This document shows positions 14,176-30,030 of a stretch of 64,000 bases of DNA, one piece after another. Positions within the stretch are counted from its first letter, which is position 1. Every line of letters starts with the position of its first letter. The stretch comes from the human T2T-CHM13v2.0 reference genome, Homo sapiens, in assembly GCF_009914755.1 (NCBI RefSeq), contig NC_060929.1. One strand, given 5' to 3'. The notes beneath the pieces were generated by a model. It searched no databases, was not told the DNA's origin, and was given only the letters and a program-made list of their open reading frames with translations. The position numbers and the translations under genes were made by a program.

Positions 14176-15592
14176 TTCATGTCCTTTGCCCACTTTTTAA
14201 TAAGGTTGCTTGTTATTTTTTTCTTGTAAATTTGTTTAAGTTTCTTATAGATGCTGGATATTAGACCTTTGTCAGATGTATAGATTGCAAACATTTTCTC
14301 CCATTGTGTAGGTTGTCTGTTCACTCTGATGATAGTTTCTTTTGCTGTGCTGAAGCTCTTTAGTTTAATTAGATCCCATTTGTCAATTTTTTGCTTTTGT
14401 TGCAATTGCTTTTGGGGTTTTCATTAAGAAATCTTTGACCATGCCTATGTCCTGAATGATATTGCCTAGATTTTCTTCTAGATTTTTATAATTTTGGGTT
14501 TTACATTTAAGCCTTTAATCCATCTTGAGTTAATTTTTGTATAAAGTTTAAGGAAGAGGTCCAGTTTCCATTTTTTTGCATATAGCTAGCCAGTTCTCCC
14601 AGCACCATTTATTTAAAAGGGAATCCTTTCCCCATTGCTTGATTTTATCAGGTTTGTTGAAGATCAGATGGTTGTGGCTGTGTGGTCTTATTTCTGAGTT
14701 GTCTATTCTGTTCCAAAGGTCTATGTGTCTGTTTTTGTACCAGTACTATGCTGTTTTGGTTAAGGTAGCCTTGTAATATAGTTCAAAGTTTGGCAGCATG
14801 ATGCTTTCAGCTGTGTTCTTTTTACATATGAAAAAAAGCTCAATATCACTGATCAGTAGAGAAATGCAAATCAAAGCCACAATGAGATACCATCTCACAC
14901 CCATCAGAATGGCTATTATTAAAAAGTGAAGAAACAACAGATGCTGGCAAGGTTGCAGAGAAAAAGGAACACTTCTACACTGTTGGTGGGAATGTAAATT
15001 AGTTCAACCATTGTGGGAGACAGTGTGGTGACTCCCAAAGATCTAGAAGCAGAAATATCATTTGATCCAGCAATCTCATTACTGGATATATATCCAAAGG
15101 AATATAAATCATTCTATTATAAAGATACATGTATGTATGTTCATTGCAGTTCTATTCACAATAACAAAGATATGGAATCAACCCAAATGCCCATCAACAG
15201 TGGACTGGATACAAAAATGTGGTATATATATATACCATGGGATACTATGCAGCCATAAAAAGGAATGCGATCATGTCTTTTGCAGGGACATGGAAAGAGC
15301 TGGAAGCTATTATCCTCAGCAAACTAATGCAGGACCAGGAAACCAAACACTGCATGTTCTCATTTATAAGTGGGAGCTGAACAATGAGAACACATGGGCA
15401 CAATGGAGCCTGTTGGGGTCGGGGTGGGGGGAAGGAGAGCATCAAGAAGAACAGCTAATGGGTGCTGGGCTTAAAACCTAGGTGGTGGGTTGATCTGTGA
15501 AGCAAACCACATGGCACATGTTTACCTATGTAACAAACCTGCACATCTTGCACATGTACCCCTGAACTTAAAATAAAAGTTGATAGAAAAAA
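14176..15592 (+). mobile_element. 5'-truncated, 5'-inverted LINE-1 (L1PA10-12-like); inverted segment ~14176-14822 (-), direct segment ~14823-15592 (+)
   Basis: ORF2 C-terminal peptides on both strands ([13 protein letters not shown] on -; KDLEAEISFDPAI and TKIWNQPKCPS on +); L1PA 3' UTR ending cttaaaataaaagttga; candidate TSD aaaaatcta at 14167 and 15900. Confidence 0.92.
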
Positions 15593-15593
15593 C

Positions 15594-15893
15594 TTTTTTT
15601 TTTTTTTTTTTTGAGATGGAGTCTTGCTGTCGCCCAAGCTGGAGTGCAGTGGCATGATCTCGGCTCACTGCAGGCTCTGCCCCCCGGGGTTCACACCATT
15701 CTTCTGCCTCAGCCTCTCAAGTAGCTGGGACTACAGGTGCCCGCCACCTCACCCGGCTAATTTTTTGTATTTTTAGTAGAGACGGGGTTTCACTGTGTTA
15801 GCCAGGATGGTCTCGATCTCCTGACCTCGTGATCTGCCCGCCTCGGCCTCCCAAAGTGCTGGGATTACAGGCATGAGCCACTGCGCCCGACCA
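15594..15893 (-). mobile_element. AluY-like SINE inserted in the L1 poly(A) tail
   Basis: Full dimeric Alu with poly(T) head; Y-type sites ttcacaccattct, gtgttagccaggatggtctcgatctcctgacctcgtgatc. Confidence 0.95.
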
Positions 15894-16325
15894 ATAAAAA
15901 AAAATCTAAATCACATTCCAAAACCTAGCTGGAAGAGAGTCTGGGAAATACAGTTTTTAACTTTTTAGGCCCTGAGTTATAGGACAGTATATTAGAAGGT
16001 GGATTAGTTGAATTTTTAGTGCCAGAATTCCATATTTACCCTTACATACACTTAAGAGTTCAAACAACAAGTATAACAACAAGTACACTGTAGTTGGTGT
16101 TCAACCAACTACAGTCATCCCTCAGTATCCAAGGGGGATTGGTTTCAGGAACCCCAAAGATACCAAAATCCATAAATGCTCAAGGCTTTTATATGAAATA
16201 GTGTAGTATTTGCATATAACCTATGCACACCCTTCTTTACAATTTAAATAATCTCTAGATCACTTATAATACTTAATGCACTGTATTTGCTATGTAAATG
16301 GCAGATACTATATTTTTTATTTTTA

Positions 16326-18018
16326 TTGCTTTAATTTTTTACCATAGTAGATATTTATATTTTTGTATAAATGTATAGAATGAGTATAATTTTGTTGCAT
16401 GCATAGATTGCATAGTGATGGAGTCAGAATATTTAGAGTATCCATTATGCACATAATGCACATTGCACCCATTAAGTAATCTTGCATTATCCACAACATT
16501 CCCATCCCTTTACCTTTCTGTGTCTCCATTGTCTATCATTCCACACTCTACATCCTTGTGTACATATTATTTAGCTAACATTTATAAGTGAAAATGTGTG
16601 ATATTTGTCTTTCTATGTCTGACTTGTTTCACTTAAGATAATGACCTCCAGTTCCATCCATGTTGCTCCAAAAGACATGATTTCTTTCTTGTTTATAGCT
16701 GTATAGTATTCCATTGTGTATGTGTACCATATTTTCTTTATCCAATCATCAATAGACACTTGCATTGATTTTATATCTTTGCTATTGTGAATAATGCTGT
16801 GATAGACATATGAGTGCAAATATTGTTTTCATATAATGATTTCTTTTTCTTTGGGTTAATGCCCAGTAGAAGGATAGTTGGATAGAATGGTAGGTCTATT
16901 TGTATATCTTTGAGAAATCTTCATACCATTTTCCATTGAGGTTGTACTAATTGACATTCCCAGGAACAGTGTATGAGACTTCCCTTTTCTCCACATCCTT
17001 GCCAATTGTTATTTATATCTTTTTAGTAATAGCCATTCTGACTGGTGTAAGATAATGGCTCATTATTATTTTAACTAGCATTTCTCTGATGATTAGTGAT
17101 GTTGGATATTTTTTCATATGCCTATTGGCCATTTACATGTCTTCTTTTGAAAAATGTCTATGCGTATCCTTTGCCAACTTTTTAACGGGATTTTTGTTGT
17201 CGACTTGCTTGGGTTCTTTGGAAATTCTGTATATTAATTCCCTGCCAGATGCACAGTTGCTAATATTTTCTCCCATTCTGCATGTTCTTTGTTCACTCTG
17301 TTGATTATTTCTTTTGCTGTGCAAAATATTTTTAGTTTAATTATGTCCCATTTGTCTTTTTGTTTTTGATGTCTGTGCTTTTGATGCCTTAGTCATAACT
17401 TTTCTGCCTATCCCAATGTGCAGAAGGGTTTTTCCTAGGTTTTCTTCTAGTATTTTTATAGTTTCCACTCTTACAACTAAGTATTTAATCCATCTTGACT
17501 TGATTTTTGAGTGTGGTGATAGATAGTTTCATTCTTCTGCATATGGCGATCAAATTTTCCCAGCACTATTCATTGAAAAGGGTGTCTTTTCCCCAGTGTA
17601 TGTTCTTGTTGATTTTGTGAAAGATCAACTATCTGTAGATTTGTGGCTTTATTTCTGGGTTCTCTATTCTGTTCCGCTGACCTATGTGCATATATTTATA
17701 CCAGTACCATGCTATTTTGGTTACTATAGCCTTGTAACATAATTTGAAGTGAGGTAATGTGATGCCTCCAGCTTTATTGTTTTTACTTAAGATTGTCTTG
17801 GCTATTTGAGCTCTTTTTAATCCCAAATAAATTATAGGTAGTTTTTTCTAATTATGTGAAAAATGACTGGTATTTTGATAGAGATTGTACTGACTCTGTA
17901 GATTGCCTTGGGCAGTACAGTCATTTTAACAATATTAATTCTTCCAATCCATGAGCATGGGCTGTTTTTTCATTTGTTTGTGTCATCTACAATTTCTTTC
18001 ATCAGTGTTTCCTTGTAG
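16326..18018 (-). mobile_element. LINE-1 3' portion (L1PB4-like)
   Basis: 3' UTR gcatagtgatggagtcag...cacccattaagtaat; ORF2 peptides DWIKKIWYTYTMEYY and [14 protein letters not shown]. Confidence 0.88.
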
Positions 18019-19265
18019 TCTCAAATGTCTCAAATGCTTTGTTCATTCTTTTTATTCTTTTAAAGATTTTGTCTGACTGGATTATTTCAAAATAGCTCTC
18101 CTCAAATTCTGAAATTCTTTCCTCTCCTAGGTCTAGTCTGGTCCATCACCTTTGGCACCTGATCTCTCCTGTCAGATTCTGAGGTTGGGCTGACCCAACC
18201 TACCAATATGACACCCACCTGCATACACTAACAACAGGCCAGGGGACTAGCCTGCCCAACCTATTGCAATCACCAGTAACACAAGCATGAACTTATTGGG
18301 TTCCAGTGGATTGCTCCACCACTGCTGCTGTAATCATCCACATCACATCAGCTGCCCTGGGGGCCTGAGAACCCACCTGCATAGCCAACCCACTGCTGCC
18401 ACTACCATATCCAAGCAAGCCACCTGGAGGCCCCAAAGTTGGCCCTCCAGCATCCAGTAACACCAGTCCCAACATCAGCCACTCTAGGGCCTAAAAACAG
18501 GCACATTCAGCCCACTGCTGCCACCACTGTGAATTGAAGACTGGCACACCTGGTGTCCTAGTCCTCAGTAAAACTTCACCACAGACTCAACTAATAATCA
18601 TATGCTAAGACACCAAGGAAATCACAGATACAACTGATTGTGTACTGCTGAAAAAATCATGCAGAGATTATACTACCATAGGCACCCAAAATCAAAGCCA
18701 AAGCATCCTATTCAACCAACAACAAATATACATCTTCAGCATAAAAATCCTGTCCTTTGAGAGAAATTTTTAAAAATTGTAAGAAGGGACTGTTACATCA
18801 GATGCAGAGATATCAATATAAAGACACAGGAAGTATAAAAAAGCAAGGAAATATACCACTGCCAAAGGACCACAACAATTGTCCAGCAACAGATCCCAAT
18901 CCAAAAGAAATCCACCAAATACAAGAAAAGGATTCAAAATATTGATTTTCAAGAGGCTCAATGAGATGCAAAAGAAATCTGAAAACAAATACAAAGAAAT
19001 CAGAAAATAAATTCAGGATATGAATGAGAAATTTACCAAGGAGATAAATATCTTTAAAAAATAACAAGTTTTGGAATTAAAAAATTCATTGAAGGAAATA
19101 CAAAATACATCAGAAAGCTTCAATAATAGACTAGACCAAGCAGAAGAACAAAATCTCAGAACTTGAAGACAGTTCTTTTGAAATAATCCAGTCAGATAAA
19201 AGTAAGGAGAAAATAATAGAAAAGTATAAATAAAGCCTTCAAAACATTTGGGACTACATAAAATG
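18019..19265 (+). mobile_element. Old LINE-1 5' UTR/ORF1 fragment (L1M/L1PB type), mainly + strand (18141-19265), with a short - strand ORF1 piece (18037-18140)
   Basis: ccactgctgccaccac-type 5' repeats; ORF1-like aatagactagaccaagcagaagaa...gaaataatccagtcag...tgggactacataaa. Confidence 0.8.
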
Positions 19266-19614
19266 ATTATAATATATATTAAAATTTGTATTATCTTTTA
19301 CTACTGTATTATAATTTTTAAACTTTTTTTTCAGATAGTTATGTGTTTTATTGACACCCATTTTTGATTTTCATACTTGATTTGATCTCTTTTTTTAAAT
19401 TTTATTATTATTATACTTTAAGTTTTAGGGTACATGTGCACAATGTGCAGGTTTGTTACATATGTATACATGTGCCATGTTGGTGGGCTGCACCCATTAA
19501 CTCGTCATTTAGCATTAGCTATACCTCCTAATGCTATCTCTCCCCCCTGCCCCCACCCCACAACAGTCCCCGGTGTATGATGTTCTCCTTCTTGTGTCCA
19601 TGTGTTCTCACTGT

Positions 19615-23470
<3,856 letters not shown>

Positions 23471-23533
23471 TATGATGGTAGCTGGTTATTTTGCTCGTTA
23501 GTTGAGGCAGTTTCTTCTTAGCCTTGATGGTCT

Positions 23534-24544
23534 TTACAATTTGGCATGTTTTTGCAGTGGCTGATACCTGTTGTTCCTTTCCATGTTTAGTGCTTCCTTT
23601 AGCTTTTGTAGGGCAGGCCTGGTGGTGACAAAATCTCCCAGCATTTGCTTGTCTGTAAAGGATTTTATTTCTCCTTCAGTTACGAAGCTTAGTTTGGCTG
23701 GATATGAAATTCTGGGTTGAAAATTCTTTTCTTTAAGAATGTTGAATATTGGCCCCCACTCTCTTCTGGCTTGTAGAGTTTCTGCCGAGAGATCCGCTGT
23801 TAGTCTGATGGGCTTCCCTTTGTGGGTAACCTGACCTTTCTCTCTAGCTGCCCTTAACATTTTTTCCTTCATTTCAACTTTGGTGAATCTGACAATTATG
23901 TGTCTTGGAGTTGCTCTTCTCGAGGAGTATCTTTGTGGCGTTCTCTATATTTCCTGAATCTGAATGTTGGCCTGACTTGCTAGATTGGGGAAGTTCTCCT
24001 GGATAATATCCTGCAGAGTGTTTTCCAGCTTGGTTCCATTCTCCTCGTCACTTTCAGGTACACCAATCAGATGTAGATTTGGTCTTTTCACATAGTCCCA
24101 TATTTCTTGGAGGCTTTGTTCGTTTCTTTTTATTCTTTTTTCTCTAAACTTCTCTTCTCGCTTCATTTCATTCATTTCGTCTTCCAACGCTGATACACTT
24201 TCTTCCAGTTGATCGCATCGGCTACTGAGGTTTATGCCTTCGTCACGTAGTTCTTGTGCCGTGGTTTTCAGCTCCATCAGGTCCTTTAAGGACTTCTCTG
24301 CATTAGTTATTCTAGTTATCTATTCGTCTAATTTTTTTTTCAAGGTTTTTAACTTCTTTGCCATTGGTTCGAACTTCCTCTTTTAGCTCTGAGTGGTTTG
24401 ATCTTCTGAAGCCTTCTCTCAACTCGTCAAGGTCATTCTCTGTCCAGCTGTGTTCCATTGCTGCTGAGGAGCTGCGTTCCTTTGGAGGAGGAGAGGCGCT
24501 TGATTTTTAGATTTTCCAGTTTTTCTGCTCTGTTTTTCCCCCAT
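23534..24544 (-). pseudogene. L1 ORF1p remnant (frameshifted)
   Basis: Peptides EQSLQEIWDYVKRPNL and REKGQVTHKGKPIRLTADLSAETLQARREW; ATG at 24544; split over several frames. Confidence 0.93.
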
Positions 24545-25117
24545 CTTTGTGGTTTTATCTACCTTTGGTCTTTGATGATAGTGACATACAGATGGGTTTT
24601 TGGTGTGGATGTCCTTTCTGTTTGTTAGTTTTTCTTCTAACAGTCAGGACCCTCAGGTGCAGGTCTGTTGGCGTTTGCTGGAGGTCCATTCCAGACCCTG
24701 TTTGCCTGGGTATCAGCAGTGGTGGCTGTAGAACAGTGGATATTGGTGAATCTCAAATGCTGATGCCTGATCATTCCTCTGGAAGTTTTGTCTCAGACGA
24801 GTACCTGTCCATGTGAGGTGTCAGTCCACCCCTACTGGGGGGTGCCTCCCAGTTAGGCTACTCAGGGGTCAGGGACCCACTTGAGGAGGCAGTCTGCCTG
24901 TTCTCAGAATCAAGCTGCATGCTGGGAGAACCACTACTCTCTTCAAACTGTCAGACAGGGCCATTTAAGTCTGCAGAGGTTGCTGCTGCCTTTTGTTTGT
25001 CTGTGCCCTGTCCCCAGAGGTGGAGCCTACAGAGGCAGGCAGACCTCCTTGAGCTGTAGTGGGCTCCACCCAGTTCGAGCTTCCAGGCCACTTTGTTTAC
25101 CTACTCAGGCCTCGGCA

Positions 25118-25168
25118 ATGGCGGGTGCCCCTCCCCCAGCCTCGCTGCCACCTTGCAGTTTGATCTGA
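25118..25168 (+). pseudogene. L1 antisense ORF0, truncated after 16 codons
   Basis: MAGAPPPASLPPCSLI matches the primate L1 ORF0 N-terminus; a small deletion (atctcagact to atctgact) creates TGA. Confidence 0.8.
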
Positions 25169-25654
25169 CTGCTGTGCTAGCAATGAGCGAGGCTCCATGG
25201 GCTCAGGACCCTCTGAGCCAGGTGCGGGATATAATCTCCTCATGTGCCATTTGTTAAGTCCATTGGAAAAGCGCAGTATTAGGGTGGGAGTGACCTGATT
25301 TTCCAGGTGCTGTCTGTCACCCTTTCTTTGACTAGGAAAGGGAATTCCCTGACCCCTTGTGCTTCCTGGGTGAGGAGATGCTTCACCCTGCTTTGGCTCA
25401 TGCATGGTGCACTGCACCCACTGTCCTGCACCCACTGTCTGGCACTCCCCAGTGAGATGAACCCGGTACCTCGGTTGGGAATGCAGAAATCACCCATCTT
25501 CTGTGTCGCTCACGCTGGGAGCTGTAAACTGGAGCTGTTCCTATTCAGCCATCTTGGCTCCACCTTAAACTTATTTTTAAAGAATATTTTCAATCTACAC
25601 TTTGTTGAATACACAGATGTGGAGCCCATGAATTTGGACGGCTGACTGTATTAT

Positions 25655-26800
25655 CCAAAAGAAAATGAGCCTTCAACTCCTTCTGCAAAGGGGAGATCGG
25701 CCTTCACCACTTCAGTCATTATACTAAAACATGATCATTTCTTTCCCATTTCAATCACAATCTTCTTTTGATAGCCTGTAACTTATGTGTGAATTATAAA
25801 GTTAGCCACCTACAACAAAACCTATATGAAATAGAAGGGTAAAGAAAGAAGGAAACATTAGTATTAAATATACCAATTCATACATGCATAGATATGGCTA
25901 GCTACTGTAGTACTTATTTCTAAAAGTCAGAAGATGGCATTTTTAATTTCCTTTATCATTATCTACACCACATTCTTTTCAGCTGTGGAAAGCTTTGACA
26001 TTCTTAGCGTATATCTGGTAGAACTGAAACCTTCATTTGTGATGTGTCTGAATCTTTAGTGATTCTGCTGTAGTAAATTGCTGTTGTTTTCCATCATCTT
26101 TTATTCCTGGATCTGACAGTACAGGAGGTGCCTCAGAGGACCCCATTGGTTGTTTAACAGCAACCCCCTCCCCTATAATAATCAGAACCATTCACTTCAG
26201 CTAATGAAATAATTGACTTTTATGCCCACTGTTTGGTGAAAAAAAAATGCCAGTTGCTTTTTTCAACCCCTCATTAAACTAACTATGGTTGTGTACCCTG
26301 ATCTCTTGAGTGCTGAAATATCCAAAACAACATAGCCAAAAGCCAGAATGATAGAAACAAACATTTTGTCAGTGGACATTAGGTATAACAGGGACAGGCA
26401 TCCATTCTGATTTCTCTTTAAGAAATCTGTTTGTTCCCGGACCTGTGAATTTTGGTTATGGATTTACAGAGCCTATTGGAAGATACATTCCATTTATAAT
26501 CTGACCTCTGTAAGTACTTACTTACAGAGGACTTACAAATACACCATAATGGCTTTCTGGTTCCATCAGAATTAGAATTAACTCAGAGCCAGTGAACAAT
26601 AATCCCCAAAATGTTTGAAGATTTTCCTTTCTCCAATGCACAATGACCTTTGTAAATAGCTGTAGTTTTCTTCAGGGAAGACTAGGAAGAATGTTTGCAG
26701 TTCATACTGGAGAAAGCATCACAACATCATTCCCCAGTGATACTCAGCCTCTCAATCATTCCAGATATATTTGTGTTGTAAACTTACTTAGGTCTCAGCA
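25655..26800 (-). mobile_element. ERV-L internal remnant (integrase C-terminus/dUTPase region), highly decayed
   Basis: Reverse strand gives AEVNGSDYYRG (cf. dUTPase AGVIDPDYQG) at ~26170-26201 and KIHRSGN (cf. RIHGSGNQ) at ~26432-26452. Confidence 0.6.
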
Positions 26801-27353
26801 GTAGTTGAGAGATGATGATCTCACATTACGGTGATTTAAATCAAGTTTTTGTTCAGTCTACCTAAAGTTTTTGTCTGTTTGTTTTGTTTTATGTTGTTTT
26901 TAGTTATACAGATTATATACAAACAAAGTATACTTTGTATCTGATCTGTACTTGGAATGTTCAATTAAATAGCCACTCCTCAAATGCCTGTAGGTAAAAC
27001 CATTCTGATGACCAGTCTGTCCCTACTCACCATACTTCCATTGGTGCAGTGATGCTTCTTGTTCTCATTCAGGATCTTAACATTCTCAAAGAAATATGAT
27101 GTTTCATTCCACTTATAGCATCTCTCACCTTCATTCTTATCTTCATATGACAATCATTGTGTCTGTTGCTTCTATTACCAATGTATTTCTCAATGCCTTT
27201 GTGGAATGAATTCCTTTCAGAGGACAAAGTCAGGAGATATTTTGATATGTTTATTTCAAATCAAAATCCTTGTCTCCCTGACTCTTTAGATTGCCTTTTC
27301 TAAATTTTACCAAGGAATTCACGGCATTTCAACCTCATTCAATATATGTCACC

Positions 27354-27735
27354 TGCTATAATCTGAATTTTTTTTTGCCCCCAAAATTCCTCTGGTGAAA
27401 TTCTCACCCCCAAGGTAGTGGTATTGGGAGATGGGCCTTTGGGAGATGATGAGGGCATGGGGTAGAGTTCTTATGAATGGAATTAGTGCTTTTATAAATG
27501 AGGCCCAAGAGAGACCCCTTGTCCTTTCCATCATATAAGGACACAGTGAGAAGATGACATCTATGAACCAGAAAAAGGGGCCTCACCAGGGAATACACCA
27601 GTAGATTCAGATACTGAATCTACTGCCACCTTGATCTTAGACTTACCAGTCTCCAGAACTGTGAGAAATAAAATAGTTTTTAAAAGCTACCCAGCCTATA
27701 GTATTTTGTTATAGCAGCCTGAATTAACTAAGATA
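27354..27735 (+). mobile_element. MaLR solo LTR (MSTC/MSTD)
   Basis: tgctataatctgaat...gggcctttgggag...atgaatggaattagtg...ccagaactgtgagaaataaa...ttatagcagcctgaattaactaagata. Confidence 0.85.
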
Positions 27736-28289
27736 CTACTCTTGAGATAAAGTTTTAAATAAAACATTGAGCAAAAATTAGAACTATATTCAGCTTCTTG
27801 AGTCAGTGTATCAAATTCAGAATTTCTAGTAATTTAAAAATTACATCTTAAAAATTCATGCTGATCTAAAATATTTTCTCCTTTTTTACCATATCACTCT
27901 CAAAATCCATTTTCATGAAGATTCTCCAGATATTTGCTGATGTACATCTAAAAAATCTTTCAAAATATGTGGCATTTAAATGTTCTTCCTGCAGGTTAAA
28001 CATTTTACTTGGCTGCCTGGAAAAAGCTGAGATGTGATTCTGATTACAAGTTTGGAAGCAATTAAAAATGGTGGGATTGGGAGAGGAGAAGATTTGACAC
28101 TGTACTGCAAAGAAGTCATCGCAGTATCTTCAAGCTAGTCAGAACTGGCCTTATAAAACAGGAAAATAAAGAATGTTTCAGATTGCAAGGAAACATAGTG
28201 AAGGGTAAGACTTAGAGTACTTGGAGTTATTTAAATCCTCCCAAATATCACCATTTCAATTTGAAAATTCTACTCCTTCAAGATGAATC

Positions 28290-28833
28290 ATACCTTATAT
28301 CTTACCTGCATCTGATTTAGTTGATATTTAGATGAAATGTTGGAGTTTAGACTTGAGTAGATGTTGGAATGAGTGAAGATCTCTGGGGCTATTGAGATGA
28401 AATAAATGCATTTTTAATATAAGAAATACATAATTTGTGGGCGCAAGGGCAGAATGCTATGGACTTAATGTTTGTGTCTTCCCCAAATTCAAAACAATAA
28501 ACCCCCAATCCCCAGTGTAATGGCATTTGGAGGTGAGGCCTTTGGGAGGTCATGATGTCATGAGGTTACAGCCTTCATAAATGGGATTAGTGTCATTATA
28601 AGACATGGCACCAGACAGATGCTCTCTCTCTCTCTCTCTCTCTCTCTGCCATGTGAGAATACAGCAAGAAGGTGACCAACTGCAAATCAGGGAGAGGACT
28701 CTCACCAGACACCAAATCTGCTGGCACCTTGATCCTGGACTCCTCAGCCTCCAGAACTGTGAGAAATAAAATATTTGTTTTTTAAGGCATCCATTCATGG
28801 TATTAATTATAGCAGCCCCAGATGATGAAGACA
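28290..28833 (+). mobile_element. MST internal 3' fragment (~28290-28453) plus MSTD-like LTR (28454-28833)
   Basis: Internal-type gttggaatgagtgaagat...gggcagaa PPT, then tgctatggacttaatgtttgtgtc...ctccagaactgtgagaaataaa...aagaca. Confidence 0.82.
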
Positions 28834-28949
28834 AGAGGCTACTAGTTGTTAACTAGAACCTCACTGCCTTTAAACTCAAATAAACAAAGTAATCAACCCC
28901 AGGTTCTTAACTTTGAAGAACTATTACATGTGGCCATTTTTGGTGTCTA

Positions 28950-30030
28950 CTACTATAATGGTCAGAATTTTGTTTCAGGTAAAACAGACTACTAGCTCTT
29001 TTAAACAAAAGTGATTTGACACAGGGGATTGAGCACTGACACATTATTGGAAGGTGTGATTTTATGTGTGCCTTTGTCTAGACCACAATACCTGGATATT
29101 TGATCAAACCTTATTCTAAATGTTCCTGTAAAAGTATTTTTTAGATGAGGGTAACATTTAATCAGCAGATTTTGAGTAAAGCAGGTTACCCCCTATAATG
29201 TGGGTGATTTTCTTTCAATTAGTTGAAGGCCTTAAGAGAAAAGAAAAACTGAGGTCTCCTGAAGAAGAGTGAATTTTGCCAGCAAATGGCATTTACACTT
29301 GAACTGGAACATCAAAACTTCCTTGACTCTCTCACCTGCTGGCCCACCTTGTAGATCTTTGACTTGCCAGCCTCCACAATCATGTGAGCCAATTGCTTAA
29401 AATAAACCTGTCTGTCTGTCTGTGTATACACACACACGTCCTATCAGTTCTCTTTCTCTGCAAAAGAAGAAGAGTTGATTCTAAACTTGTCTCAGGGATT
29501 ACTCTCAAAACACATTCCTGAAATGCCAAACTAGGAAGATAGCAACCTTGCCATAATTGAGGTATGGGTATCAGGAAACAGGAAACCGACATGGAAATTT
29601 TGGCTACAGAATTACCTCACTGTAGTTGAAATCCATGTATAGAAAGCACATCTAAATCCATACTAAATATTTTAGGTCTGCACTGCTAAATTAAATTAAA
29701 TCTAAAATAACATAAAAAAATAAAATGAATGTCCATGTCCTGCCTCTTTCTTAACATTTATAAAACTAAGTAATTGTCATTGTTACTTTGGCTAATAATG
29801 TTGCAGAAAATCCAAGCTCCTCCATGACTACTCAACAGCAAGAAGTACAAGAACCTCAGAAGTGTGGCCTCTTCTTCCCTTCCTCTTCAATATGTCCTGA
29901 ACATCCAGCAAAATAATGAGTATCTTGACTCTTATTGCACATACAATCTTTCCAGGTGGGTGTGGATGCATCTGGTCTTAGTGCCTAGAGGTGATGACCT
30001 CTAGCTCTGAAAGCTGTAGCTCTCTGAAGG
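28950..30030 (-). mobile_element. Ancient ERV-L class LTR (LTR78/LTR79-like), interrupted by MLT2
   Basis: ggtcagaattttgtttcaggtaaaacagactact...acacaggggattgagcactgacacattattggaagg; resumes after 29460 with ttctaaacttgtctcagggattactctcaaaac. Confidence 0.5.
29054..29460 (+). mobile_element. MLT2B-like ERV-L LTR
   Basis: attttatgtgt...tttttagatgagggtaacatttaatcagcagattttgagtaaagcag...gccagcctccacaatcatgtgagccaattgcttaaaataaa...cctatcagttct. Confidence 0.85.

Larger units (their letters stand above)
13720..16035 (-). mobile_element. Ancient ERV-L class LTR (LTR78/LTR79-like), split by L1 and Alu (pieces ~13720-14175 and ~15909-16035)
   Basis: tgtaatctgagggtcagttaggaa...aattagttgcttacaaaagcatcagaagggctg; after the L1 it resumes with cctagctggaagagagtctgggaaatacagttttt. 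Confidence 0.55.

Noticed and set aside
27354-28833. Two MST LTRs as one intact MaLR provirus
   Set aside because: Sequence after the first LTR does not resemble an MST internal 5' end and the LTRs differ substantially; more likely two insertions
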